Source: Anaerolineaceae bacterium (GTDB lineage Bacteria; Chloroflexota; Anaerolineae; Aggregatilineales; Phototrophicaceae). Taken from it: DNA of 64,000 nucleotides. The DNA lies in contig PABP01000009.1 in NCBI GenBank assembly GCA_002699585.1, positions 419,750-483,749 on the forward strand, in the 5' to 3' direction. Below, in pieces: positions 39,273 through 47,626 of this stretch. The notes beneath the pieces are model-generated. The model did not search any database, was not told the origin of the DNA, and was given only the letters and a program-made list of their open reading frames with translations. Positions within the stretch are counted from its first letter, which is position 1, and every line of letters starts with the position of its first letter. The position numbers were made by a program, and so were the translations under genes.

Positions 39273-39605
39273 ATGAGCGATTGGCGTAAGGCAGCAAAAA
39301 TCGGGTTGACCGCTGCGGACATGTGGTGGCAAATCAATGGACATCCATTAGGAGAATTGCCTGATGCATATTCACATCTTGAAAGTCAGCAGCACGATCA
39401 AAATACAGCCCAAATGACCGAACTTAGAGATGCTATTCAGAGTGAAAGTGATCGTCCAGCCGAGTATCGAGATTATGAAGATGAATCGGGTGACCACATT
39501 GATACTGTAGATTTGAGCTTTACCGATGAGGATGAGGCTCTCTTTGCCGAAGTTGAAGCGGCTATTGAAGATCAAAGCTCTTTGTCTGAACAAAAAGATG
39601 AGTGA
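39273..39605 (+). CDS. small acidic protein paralog with DLSFTDEDEALFAEV motif
   Basis: Shares the TDEDExLFxEV C-terminal motif with the preceding gene. Confidence 0.45.
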   Translation: MSDWRKAAKIGLTAADMWWQINGHPLGELPDAYSHLESQQHDQNTAQMTELRDAIQSESDRPAEYRDYEDESGDHIDTVDLSFTDEDEALFAEVEAAIEDQSSLSEQKDE

Positions 39606-39634
39606 GCTTAGGGCGCAATAATGTAATGTTCGAA

Positions 39635-39733
39635 GCGTCACAGGTGTCACAACCGTCACAGGCACAAAGAGCGTGCCTGTGATTGCTTTTTGCGGTCTAT
39701 TTGGTCTGCGTCTCAGGTGTCACAGCCGTCACA
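39635..39733. repeat. GTCACA-rich repeat cluster B (CGTCACAGGTGTCACAACCGTCACAGG and GTCACAGCCGTCACAG)
   Basis: The first block is non-coding. The second overlaps the last codons of the Rep gene (encoding DCDGCDT). Confidence 0.6.
39656..39691 (+). terminator. rho-independent terminator of the Hsp70-HerA operon
   Basis: CACAGGCAC-AAAGAGC-GTGCCTGTG 9-bp stem followed by ATTGCTTTTTG. Confidence 0.65.
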
Positions 39734-42688
39734 GTCCAGAATCTCGGACTTGAGTTGCCATAATCGCACTCTACCGCCTCTAACCCTGCGCTGAACCGTC
39801 AGATTGAGGTTTCCAGGCAACAAGAAACCATCCTCCTTGAGCATCTTGCCGATGACATTGGCACCGAAGTTAAGCGGCTGGACGTGGTTCACAGCCTTGA
39901 GTGCGATCTCCGGCAGCAGGTAGACGAAGTTGTCGTCCTTATAGCCAACTACCGTTACACCGGGCGGGTACTCACGCGGATTGCGCATGTCATCGTCAAT
40001 GACCGCCTGCCCACCGGCGAGCAGCTGACCCAGGATGTCCAGAAAGACCTGACTGGCAAGCTCCTGGCGCAGATTTTGTACGGTCTCCACGATGCTGTCC
40101 TGCCACGTCGGGAGCAGATAGTCCTCCTCCATCTCCGCGACAAACTTCGAGAGCATCTGGAAAACCGTCACCAGCACTGCCCAGTTCTTCACGGCGCGGT
40201 CGTGTGCGTTCGATTTGCCGAGCTGCGCGGTTACTTTGGCGTTGTAACCGATCACGTTCTGACTGAAGCGGCTGGCAAGTTCAGCTTTGAAGTCACCATC
40301 ATCGAGCTGGCGTGCCACCCATGATGCAAAGTGGGCAGTGAAACCGGGCAGCTTATCGCGCAGCGCCTCAGCTTCGGCGAGTGCCTTACCCTGCGGATCA
40401 CGGTGCTTCCAGGGTGGGATTTCGAGTGCCATCATGCGCGAGGACACCGACATCTCGCCTTCCAGGCTGGTTTCACCAGTGGAGAGGATCAATCCCCGGC
40501 ACGGGCGAGACGTTTGCAGCTTGGCATCCCGTGTCAGCCGACCGCGACCGAGGTTACGCGAGTATCCCTGCAAGAAACGGGTGAACGTGCGGGTGTCGGC
40601 GTAGATGTCTTTGTAATCGTCCACCCAGTAAAGCGCGTCCGCCAACGGATAACCGAGCATCTCGACGGTGTTGATGGTGACGCCCCACTGCGCAGGCGGC
40701 GTATCACGGCTGAACTGTCCATAGAAGCTGCTCAACAGCGATGCGATTTCCGATTTGCCGCTACCCGATGTGCCGACCAGATGGATGGCTGGCCGCGTCG
40801 CCGACGGCGGGAAAAAGCGCTGGATCACCGGCAGTAGCGCGAAAGCAATCAGCGAGGGTGCCAGATTCGACGGCAGTACCTTTGCCACTGCATCAAATGC
40901 CCGCAGACTTTCGTCCCAACTGACCGCCTGCAAGCCGTAGTCGCGGAGGCGCTGGTCGAGTTCGACCGATGGTGGTTCCGCCAGCTTGCCCTTTGCGGTG
41001 ATGCAATCTTCAGGGGAGACATAGACCCATCTGCCGTCGATCTGCTTCCAGCCCATGAAGTTGTAGTGGCGATGGGTCGGAAACTCGCCCGACAGATGCA
41101 CGATGGCGGGAACCAGGTGCTTCGACATGCCTGCCCGAACGACGTACTGCGCTCCGGCGTTGGCTCCGATGAAGCGGCGCAGCGCGACATCATCGACGAA
41201 TACCTCACCGGGCACTTCCAGCTTTTTGGTCGATGATCCCCGCTGCAATTCGATGGTCGTGACGTGCGCTTCCTTGCCGTCATCATCAACCTGGCAGGTC
41301 TGATAAAGTGCGGTGGCTGCCCAATCGGTGACGGTACGCTCGGTCGTACCGCGATACGTCTCCTTGCGATAAACAATCTTGCCGTCCAGCAACAGATAGC
41401 TCTCGGTATCGACATATTCCTGCTGCCGCTGGCGCTCGATTGACTTCCGTTTCTCCCGGTACAGCTTGTCGATGTCACTGATTTTCAGTCCATCACCAGT
41501 GATTGCTTTGAACTTCTCGCGCTGTTCGGCCCATTCAACCGCATTGAGAGAGGCGCAAGCCTCCACCGCTTCGATGATCTCGGCGGTGGATGGTCTTTCA
41601 ACCGATTTCTGCCGCGTGTCGTAGCGATCCACCAGTTGGCTGACGTACGCCTCCGCGACTTGCCGTCGCGACTGAATCGCCTCGCGTGGCGGCTGGCTGA
41701 ACGCACTGGCGATAGTGGCGCGTGCCTCTTTCTCGCGTGCGGTGGCATTCTCACTACCATCTCCATCAGCCATGTAGCGACTGACCAGTTCTCGTTCTGC
41801 ATCGGACTGGCTGTAACCCGCATCACGTAACTGGCAGGCGGCGGCGAACAGTTCATGATTGCGGTTGCCATTGACTGCACCGGACGAAAGATAGCTCTCG
41901 GTACGCGGTGGTATTGGCGCGTTTCCATCGAGTGTCACGACATTGAGGTTGCCTATGCGTTCCACTTTCGGTCGCGGCTTGACTTCCAGCCAATCGAAGC
42001 ATTCCAACGGGTAGCGCCGATCCGGATGCCATTCCGTGATCTGAACCGCTGCGCCGTCGCGGTCAGGCTTGGTGTTGATGCTGCCCGGCAAGCGCATCAC
42101 GGATGCCACCGATTTCACATAGCCCTCGTCACCACCGAGTGCCGTGAATACGCCCTGCATCACGCGCCCGATTTTCTGCTTGTTTTCCTCGTCGAGTGAT
42201 AGCGGCTCATCGAGCAGCCAGTAGCCGTGCCAGCCGCCTCCGCTGGACACTACAATAGAAGGAGGCGTATCGAAGCCTTTTAGTCTTTCCAGATCGCGTT
42301 CCCTATTTTCCTCCGGGCCGTCGATGTCAATCCAGAGCGCGGGCAACAGTGCTGCCGATGCCGCGTTACCTTTCTTACCCGAACGGAGGCAGGGTGCGAA
42401 GTACACGCCATAGCCCTCGCCGTTGAGCGTATCTGCCTGCTTCAGCACGGCGTCGCGCTGTTTCTCGTTCCCGATTTGCGTCCAGAGGGCACGGACTTCG
42501 CCCGTTACCGGATGGATGCAGCGCAGTTCCAACCATAAATCAGCGGGGGCGTTTGGATATAGCGCAGAGAGAAAAGTGTCTCTGCCCGCGTTTTCGTCGT
42601 TGGTCGATTCGTGTTTCTGTGTCATACTATTTGTATTCCTTATGATGTACACAGGGGCTTGGGGTGAAACGTTTGGTCGCGATCTCAC
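39713..42688 (-). CDS. replication protein: archaeo-eukaryotic Prim-Pol domain fused to D5-like SF3 helicase/P-loop NTPase
   Basis: GVYFAPCL, ALWIDIDGP, SGGGWHGYWLL, RLPGSINTK (Prim-Pol). Walker A LVGTSGSGKSEI and YWVDDYKD. Confidence 0.85.
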   Translation of the reverse strand: MRSRPNVSPQAPVYIIRNTNSMTQKHESTNDENAGRDTFLSALYPNAPADLWLELRCIHPVTGEVRALWTQIGNEKQRDAVLKQADTLNGEGYGVYFAPCLRSGKKGNAASAALLPALWIDIDGPEENRERDLERLKGFDTPPSIVVSSGGGWHGYWLLDEPLSLDEENKQKIGRVMQGVFTALGGDEGYVKSVASVMRLPGSINTKPDRDGAAVQITEWHPDRRYPLECFDWLEVKPRPKVERIGNLNVVTLDGNAPIPPRTESYLSSGAVNGNRNHELFAAACQLRDAGYSQSDAERELVSRYMADGDGSENATAREKEARATIASAFSQPPREAIQSRRQVAEAYVSQLVDRYDTRQKSVERPSTAEIIEAVEACASLNAVEWAEQREKFKAITGDGLKISDIDKLYREKRKSIERQRQQEYVDTESYLLLDGKIVYRKETYRGTTERTVTDWAATALYQTCQVDDDGKEAHVTTIELQRGSSTKKLEVPGEVFVDDVALRRFIGANAGAQYVVRAGMSKHLVPAIVHLSGEFPTHRHYNFMGWKQIDGRWVYVSPEDCITAKGKLAEPPSVELDQRLRDYGLQAVSWDESLRAFDAVAKVLPSNLAPSLIAFALLPVIQRFFPPSATRPAIHLVGTSGSGKSEIASLLSSFYGQFSRDTPPAQWGVTINTVEMLGYPLADALYWVDDYKDIYADTRTFTRFLQGYSRNLGRGRLTRDAKLQTSRPCRGLILSTGETSLEGEMSVSSRMMALEIPPWKHRDPQGKALAEAEALRDKLPGFTAHFASWVARQLDDGDFKAELASRFSQNVIGYNAKVTAQLGKSNAHDRAVKNWAVLVTVFQMLSKFVAEMEEDYLLPTWQDSIVETVQNLRQELASQVFLDILGQLLAGGQAVIDDDMRNPREYPPGVTVVGYKDDNFVYLLPEIALKAVNHVQPLNFGANVIGKMLKEDGFLLPGNLNLTVQRRVRGGRVRLWQLKSEILDCDGCDT

Positions 42689-42712
42689 CTTCAGCTCCTG
42701 TGTGCGTTATGG

Positions 42713-43624
42713 TCAAAAGTCAATCGTCGGACGCAGTTCTTCATCACGCTGGATGTTTTTTGCGTCTGCTTGCAGTCGTTCCTTCATGTATTCAGCGGCT
42801 CTCTCCGCTTCACTGTGTTCCAGACCAGGCATGAGTGGACGGAATTGCAGTTTCAAACGTCCCTCCCGATCCTCAAACCAACCATAAAAGCCTGCCGCGC
42901 TGGTATTCTCATCCGTACGACGGATACCTGCCCAGACCGGATCACCACCCCACATACCATGCGCTTCCTCTATAATGGCAATCTGTTCCTGTTGCTCACG
43001 GATTGTCGCGAGTTCGTCGTAACGCTGTTCCCAGTCGCGTCCTGCATATCTGTCCATAAGCTCTGCCATCTGCTCCTGCGTGATGTCGTGTAGCAGGTCG
43101 ATATGATTGACCTCCCGATTACGCGAAAAATATAGCGGTTTGCGTCGTCCCTCATCGGCATCGTAGTAGGTTCCAGGCAGGACAACATGCGTATGCGGAT
43201 CATGCTGATTGGGCGATTCTTCCCCATCGGTATTTCGGTGATGCGTGACATATGAATATTCAACGCCTGTATCAATCCCACGTGCATCAAAGAAACCTTC
43301 AACGGTGCGCTCAGTCAATTGCTTTACAAATGCCTCACGCTCCTCATGGGGAACCATGCGAATCAGGTCGGGATTCGGATTCACAACAAGGCTGAACAGC
43401 AGAACATGATCGCTCTGGTAGCCCTCGCAGGTATTGGCAATCTGTGTCACGGATTTGCCCATGCCGTGATCGACCCAGCGTTCCACGCCACTGACCTGCG
43501 GCACATAGTCGTCGCGGCTGTCACGGTAGGTCAGATAGCTGAGCAGGTTCTTCATCCGCCGCGCCTCGTTCTGCGTCGGCTTCTTGTACTTCACATTGGT
43601 CACGCACATCTGCTTTCTGTCCAT
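42713..43624 (-). CDS. putative relaxase / mobilisation nuclease
   Basis: HHRNTDGEESPNQHDPHTHVVLPG three-His motif (HxDxxxPHxHvv) plus N-terminal Tyr-containing region. Confidence 0.45.
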   Translation of the reverse strand: MDRKQMCVTNVKYKKPTQNEARRMKNLLSYLTYRDSRDDYVPQVSGVERWVDHGMGKSVTQIANTCEGYQSDHVLLFSLVVNPNPDLIRMVPHEEREAFVKQLTERTVEGFFDARGIDTGVEYSYVTHHRNTDGEESPNQHDPHTHVVLPGTYYDADEGRRKPLYFSRNREVNHIDLLHDITQEQMAELMDRYAGRDWEQRYDELATIREQQEQIAIIEEAHGMWGGDPVWAGIRRTDENTSAAGFYGWFEDREGRLKLQFRPLMPGLEHSEAERAAEYMKERLQADAKNIQRDEELRPTIDF

Positions 43625-43627
43625 GTC

Positions 43628-43957
43628 CTACGCTCCCCGCCGTTTTTTGAAAAAAGCAACCAGCTTTTCCAGCAGATCGTTCTGTTGTTGCAGTAGATGG
43701 CTCTGCTGCCCAAGCTGCTCCTCAACGGCATCCAGCCTTCCTTCGAGCTTGCGGGTAATCGCCGCTCGCGTACCGGGGATGTCGTCGTGGTGGCTCAGAT
43801 ACAGATTGAGCGCATCCCTGATGAGATCGGTCTTGTGCTGCATCTTGCCGTCGCGGGCACGGACCCGCAGAATCTCCTCGACCCGGCGCATCTGCTCCAG
43901 CGTGAAGCCGACCGAGATTCGTTCGGAATAGCCGTCGCGCCGCTTACGTTTGCTCAT
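43628..43957 (-). CDS. ribbon-helix-helix mobilisation accessory protein (MobC-like)
   Basis: GFTLEQMRRVEEIL RHH beta-strand/helix pattern. Directly upstream of the relaxase. Confidence 0.55.
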   Translation of the reverse strand: MSKRKRRDGYSERISVGFTLEQMRRVEEILRVRARDGKMQHKTDLIRDALNLYLSHHDDIPGTRAAITRKLEGRLDAVEEQLGQQSHLLQQQNDLLEKLVAFFKKRRGA

Positions 43958-44264
43958 GGGCTGCCTCCTCGATCTTCGCTTTCAAACTCGGTGTAGGACG
44001 GAAGCGACCGTACACCCGGCGCAGGCGACCGTGTTGGGCGAGTGCGCCACCGGCGGTCATGTCCTGCACCTCAATGCTCAACCGCCCGATGTCAGGCAGG
44101 ACGACTTCGCCGCCGTTGATGAGTTCCTCTGACCAGACTTCCAGAAGTAGTTCGACTACTTCACTCACATCACGTCGCGTCTGGTGAGGCAGTCGTCTGG
44201 CGACCTTTGCAATCACGTCTCGGTGATACACCTTGCGCTCCTTCGCTTCGTTTTGTCTTTTCAT
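43944..44264 (-). CDS. HU/IHF-family DNA-bending protein
   Basis: GEVVLPDIGRLSIEVQDM...GRFRPTPSLK arm motif. Confidence 0.75.
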   Translation of the reverse strand: MKRQNEAKERKVYHRDVIAKVARRLPHQTRRDVSEVVELLLEVWSEELINGGEVVLPDIGRLSIEVQDMTAGGALAQHGRLRRVYGRFRPTPSLKAKIEEAAHEQT

Positions 44265-44592
44265 CAGCCTGCAAGACAGGCTGATTTGTTGCTTATCTAA
44301 GCAACATCTCCATCAACCGCGAAAACTATCGCGGGTGTGATCTGTCGGGCTGGTAGACTAGTTCGACAGGTGCGGTGTGTGCCTAACACCGCCGCACCGG
44401 GTGCAAGCGCGAAACGGCGCTGCACCAAGCCCCTCTGGCGTTGAAGAGCCAGCATATTTAGCTGGCTTAGGGCTGAGGGGGAATATATCCCATTGAACCT
44501 GACGGTTCTCCCCTCTGCCCGTACCCTGTTGGGACAAGCCCAACAGGGATGGATTGCGCCAGCAGTCCATATCGTCGGACACGTTGAAAGGG
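44265..44592. promoter_or_regulatory. inverted-repeat-rich intergenic region upstream of ihf-mobC-relaxase (candidate oriT/promoter)
   Basis: IRs CAGCCTG-caaga-CAGGCTG (44265-44283), TGTTGCTTA-tc-TAAGCAACA (44287-44306), CCCTGTTGGG-acaag-CCCAACAGGG (44524-44548). Confidence 0.3.
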
Positions 44593-45012
44593 CTACCATG
44601 TGGCACGCTTCATGCGCCGTGTCCGACGTTCGCTCTCAGCATCCGTTAGGGCTGGATCATCCTGGACAACCACCTGCGGCGATGCTCTCGGTGGGTTCTG
44701 TCCTACAGCAATGGGTTGAACATTGTTTGCTACATGCTGAATGACTCGTTCCAGATAGGCAGGCATATCATTCAATGCGTCTTTGATCCACAGCGTATCG
44801 CGGCGCACTTCCATCAGTTCCGGCAGGTCAATGATCGGCACTTTTGGTTTACGTCGGACACCCAACTGATCGCGGATAAGATCACGCATAGCATCACTGC
44901 GTTCTCCTTCTTCAATGCCTTCCCACCAGTCGAGAATATCTTGATCGCTATCGTAATAGGCTTTGAAGGCAATCAGTTTAAAAGCGCGTTTGCTCTTTTT
45001 CTTCTTCGGCAT
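44593..45012 (-). CDS. possible ParR-like partition adaptor (basic N-terminus MPKKKKSKRAF)
   Basis: Sits immediately downstream of the ParM-like gene, as in parMRC loci. No family motif confirmed. Confidence 0.3.
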   Translation of the reverse strand: MPKKKKSKRAFKLIAFKAYYDSDQDILDWWEGIEEGERSDAMRDLIRDQLGVRRKPKVPIIDLPELMEVRRDTLWIKDALNDMPAYLERVIQHVANNVQPIAVGQNPPRASPQVVVQDDPALTDAESERRTRRMKRATW

Positions 45013-45082
45013 AAGTCCTCCTTCTATAGGGGTTTTACGCGGTATACACTTCGGGCATACTCGGTAAAACCCCCGTTCAGAA

Positions 45083-46156
45083 CTAATCTTCGCGCTGGGC
45101 AAAGTTGGCGTAGTAGAGATAACCTCTGGCATTTGCCATCTGTGCCTGCGGGACTAATTTCGTTTGCGGATAGGCTTCAACCACCTGCTCATAGACCAGT
45201 TCTGCACCACCGCCTGATAAATAAATGACATCGACAGTCGTCCCGTGTTGCCACTTTTCACTCATCAAACCGAGTGTTGCACTGCGGAGAGGGGAGAGCG
45301 CATCTTCAACCTCACGGCTGTAATCCACAGGCGTACCACTGGCAGTGAAAATTCCCGTTCTCAAAACCTGTTCAACGATTTTGTAGGGCATCTTCTCACG
45401 GTAATCTCGTTCCAGCATGGTGCTGATTCTTTCCTGCGCGGTATACACTCCACCTTCAATACTGCCGCTTTCTGAATCGACAAACTCACCATCGTCATCC
45501 AGTGCAATATCGACTGTGTACGTCCCCACATCCACAATACCCGTCCGCATATAGGTGTGATGCACATTGATGTTTCCATCTGGCGTTAACATCTGGCTAT
45601 ACCCTGTACCATATGGCTGGGGCATTACTCTCACTTCAGTGACATTGGCGATGACCTCACACACATCAGTCTCGATAAGATGCTGACCGAGCAGAGCTTC
45701 TTTGAGTTCATTGGCATCTCGCATGTGATCCACAGGCAAGCCCGAACTCAGTCGCAGATGCACGACATCCCGACCCCACACCCCTTGAACCAACTTGCCA
45801 ATCGCCACTTTTGCCAGACGCAGGCGAAAGGCATTACCCATCCGTTTTTCGTTGGCAGTCCGTCCGCGCAGGCGCAGTAATTCACCAGGTGGAAGCTGTG
45901 CCAATGCCAGATCGCCCACAAACCATTCCCCCTCATCGTCTGTAATCTGGTCGCCCGGATACTTCTGCTGGATAGTTTCCTGCTGGAATTTGATTTCACG
46001 GGCATGACCCATCACTGAGGGGAATCCGAATGAGTTGTGATCGGTGACGACTTTCACCACGCCATAACCAATATCCAGCCCGACGGTCAGAACGCCATTG
46101 CCGTTGAGGACAGAGGTGTTTTCTTGTTGCTTCTTCTTCTTTGTTTGCTTTGCCAT
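45083..46156 (-). CDS. ParM/StbA-like actin-fold plasmid segregation ATPase
   Basis: VGLDIGYGVVK (phosphate 1), IVDVGTYTVDIA (phosphate 2), VIYLSGGGAEL. Start at MAKQTKKKK with GGAGA RBS. Confidence 0.75.
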   Translation of the reverse strand: MAKQTKKKKQQENTSVLNGNGVLTVGLDIGYGVVKVVTDHNSFGFPSVMGHAREIKFQQETIQQKYPGDQITDDEGEWFVGDLALAQLPPGELLRLRGRTANEKRMGNAFRLRLAKVAIGKLVQGVWGRDVVHLRLSSGLPVDHMRDANELKEALLGQHLIETDVCEVIANVTEVRVMPQPYGTGYSQMLTPDGNINVHHTYMRTGIVDVGTYTVDIALDDDGEFVDSESGSIEGGVYTAQERISTMLERDYREKMPYKIVEQVLRTGIFTASGTPVDYSREVEDALSPLRSATLGLMSEKWQHGTTVDVIYLSGGGAELVYEQVVEAYPQTKLVPQAQMANARGYLYYANFAQRED

Positions 46157-46724
46157 TGTGCTTTCTATCTCCATATCTAAGGCAGAAGTCTCAGTCATTG
46201 GACTGATCTTCCAGATGTGCAAAACGCGACGCGAACGAACCATTGAAGGCACGCGCTACGTCGCCTAAGTCAAACGGCATAACTACTTGTTGAGTTGGTG
46301 ATGTATCAGTACATGAATATCTGCCTCTTAGTTGTGTTGGTAGAGCCATAGAAGCTCTTAAAATATCATAGAGGCTCACCTCACCAGATCGGATGCAATC
46401 AGGAATCTTCATGTCGATCTTCCTCTTTCGCCGAATCAGATGGGTTTGGTAGATATGTGGATTGATTATCGCGGGGACTGTCACGTGGAAAATTTGTTTC
46501 GCGTGCCGATAGAGAAGGTAAAATCGTAGTAGGTTTGAGTACCGCGAGGTTCAGGCGGCGGAGACGATGGGGTTTCTTATTTTGGGGAACTTGTGGTGAC
46601 CAACAGTCTCCGCCTGCGCGGCAAGAAAATCGTGGGTGATACGCCCTCGGCAGCCACATCGAATGAACTTCAACCTGCTTCGGCTGGTGCTGGCGACTAA
46701 CCGTAATTCCTATATAACAAACGC

Positions 46725-46753
46725 AAAGAGGCGCACGCACTGCGCCTCTTTTT
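46725..46753. terminator. bidirectional hairpin terminator AAAGAGGCGC-acgcact-GCGCCTCTTTTT near the right edge of the accessory region
   Basis: Read from sequence. Confidence 0.55.
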
Positions 46754-46817
46754 GTGTTCCAAATTATTTTATAGGCACTGTAGCCAGGAGTTGATGTTAA
46801 TATGAATTATTGCAATA

Positions 46818-47513
46818 TTGATTCATTTTGGTATCGAAGGATTAATAATGTCAGACAAGGAAGTTCAACAGATAGTTGATTATTGCAACGCAAACCTAAA
46901 TTTGGATGATATACAGCGTGCTGCCGAATATGGTTATCCATATCTTGCGTTGTGCGTCATTGATACCATATTCTCGATTGGTGCCCACTATAATTCAACA
47001 ACAAATACTGTAAATAGATTTAGATCATATATTGGTGATCCACCTTCTTTTTCTATACAGGATTTGTTCAATCTATATCAACAAGAAAAGATAGAAGGTA
47101 TGGCTACCCGAGTCTACGAAAACAAACAGCGAACATCAACAAAAAATGGCATATTGAAGGCTGAAGCCGTTCTAAGAGTTGTTGAATTACTCCTCAGATA
47201 CGATGTGGAAAATACTCAGGACATGGAACGTCTCTATGATGATGCGCAATTTGAGGCTGATTTCAAGCAGATTCCTGGGCAGGGCAGTGGTATATCTTTG
47301 AATTATTTTTACATGCTGACCGGGCACGAAAACAAGATCAAGCATGACCGGATGGTGGTTCGTTTCTTGGAGACATGCCTTGGGCGAAGCATAGACCCTG
47401 CGGAAGGCCCACGTCTGTTAATTCAGAGCTGCGAATTACTTAAAGCGCATTACCCTGAATTGACTCCAAGAAGTCTGGATCATGAAATTTGGAAATTTCA
47501 GCGCCAACAATAA
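46818..47513 (+). CDS. hypothetical protein in a strongly AT-rich segment (about 35% GC)
   Basis: Composition contrasts with the flanks. No motif recognised. Confidence 0.5.
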   Translation: MIHFGIEGLIMSDKEVQQIVDYCNANLNLDDIQRAAEYGYPYLALCVIDTIFSIGAHYNSTTNTVNRFRSYIGDPPSFSIQDLFNLYQQEKIEGMATRVYENKQRTSTKNGILKAEAVLRVVELLLRYDVENTQDMERLYDDAQFEADFKQIPGQGSGISLNYFYMLTGHENKIKHDRMVVRFLETCLGRSIDPAEGPRLLIQSCELLKAHYPELTPRSLDHEIWKFQRQQ

Positions 47514-47626
47514 TCTCATCCAATAAGAATGCAAAAATGCCCAATGATTTATATGGCTGACAAATTCTTAGCGAAAGAGGCGCCTAATCCGCGCCTTTTT
47601 CGCACTTATGCGGATGTTGCTCTGGC

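Noticed and set aside
28026-39733. GTCACA repeat clusters as a possible CRISPR array
   Set aside because: The units are 6-17 bp with irregular roughly 9-bp spacing, occur in both orientations at two loci, and partly overlap coding sequence. There are no 25-40-bp repeats with unique spacers and no cas genes.
44265-44600. Non-coding RNA in the IR-rich ihf-upstream region
   Set aside because: No family-specific signature is seen. Multiple hairpins are equally consistent with protein-binding sites such as oriT or an operator.
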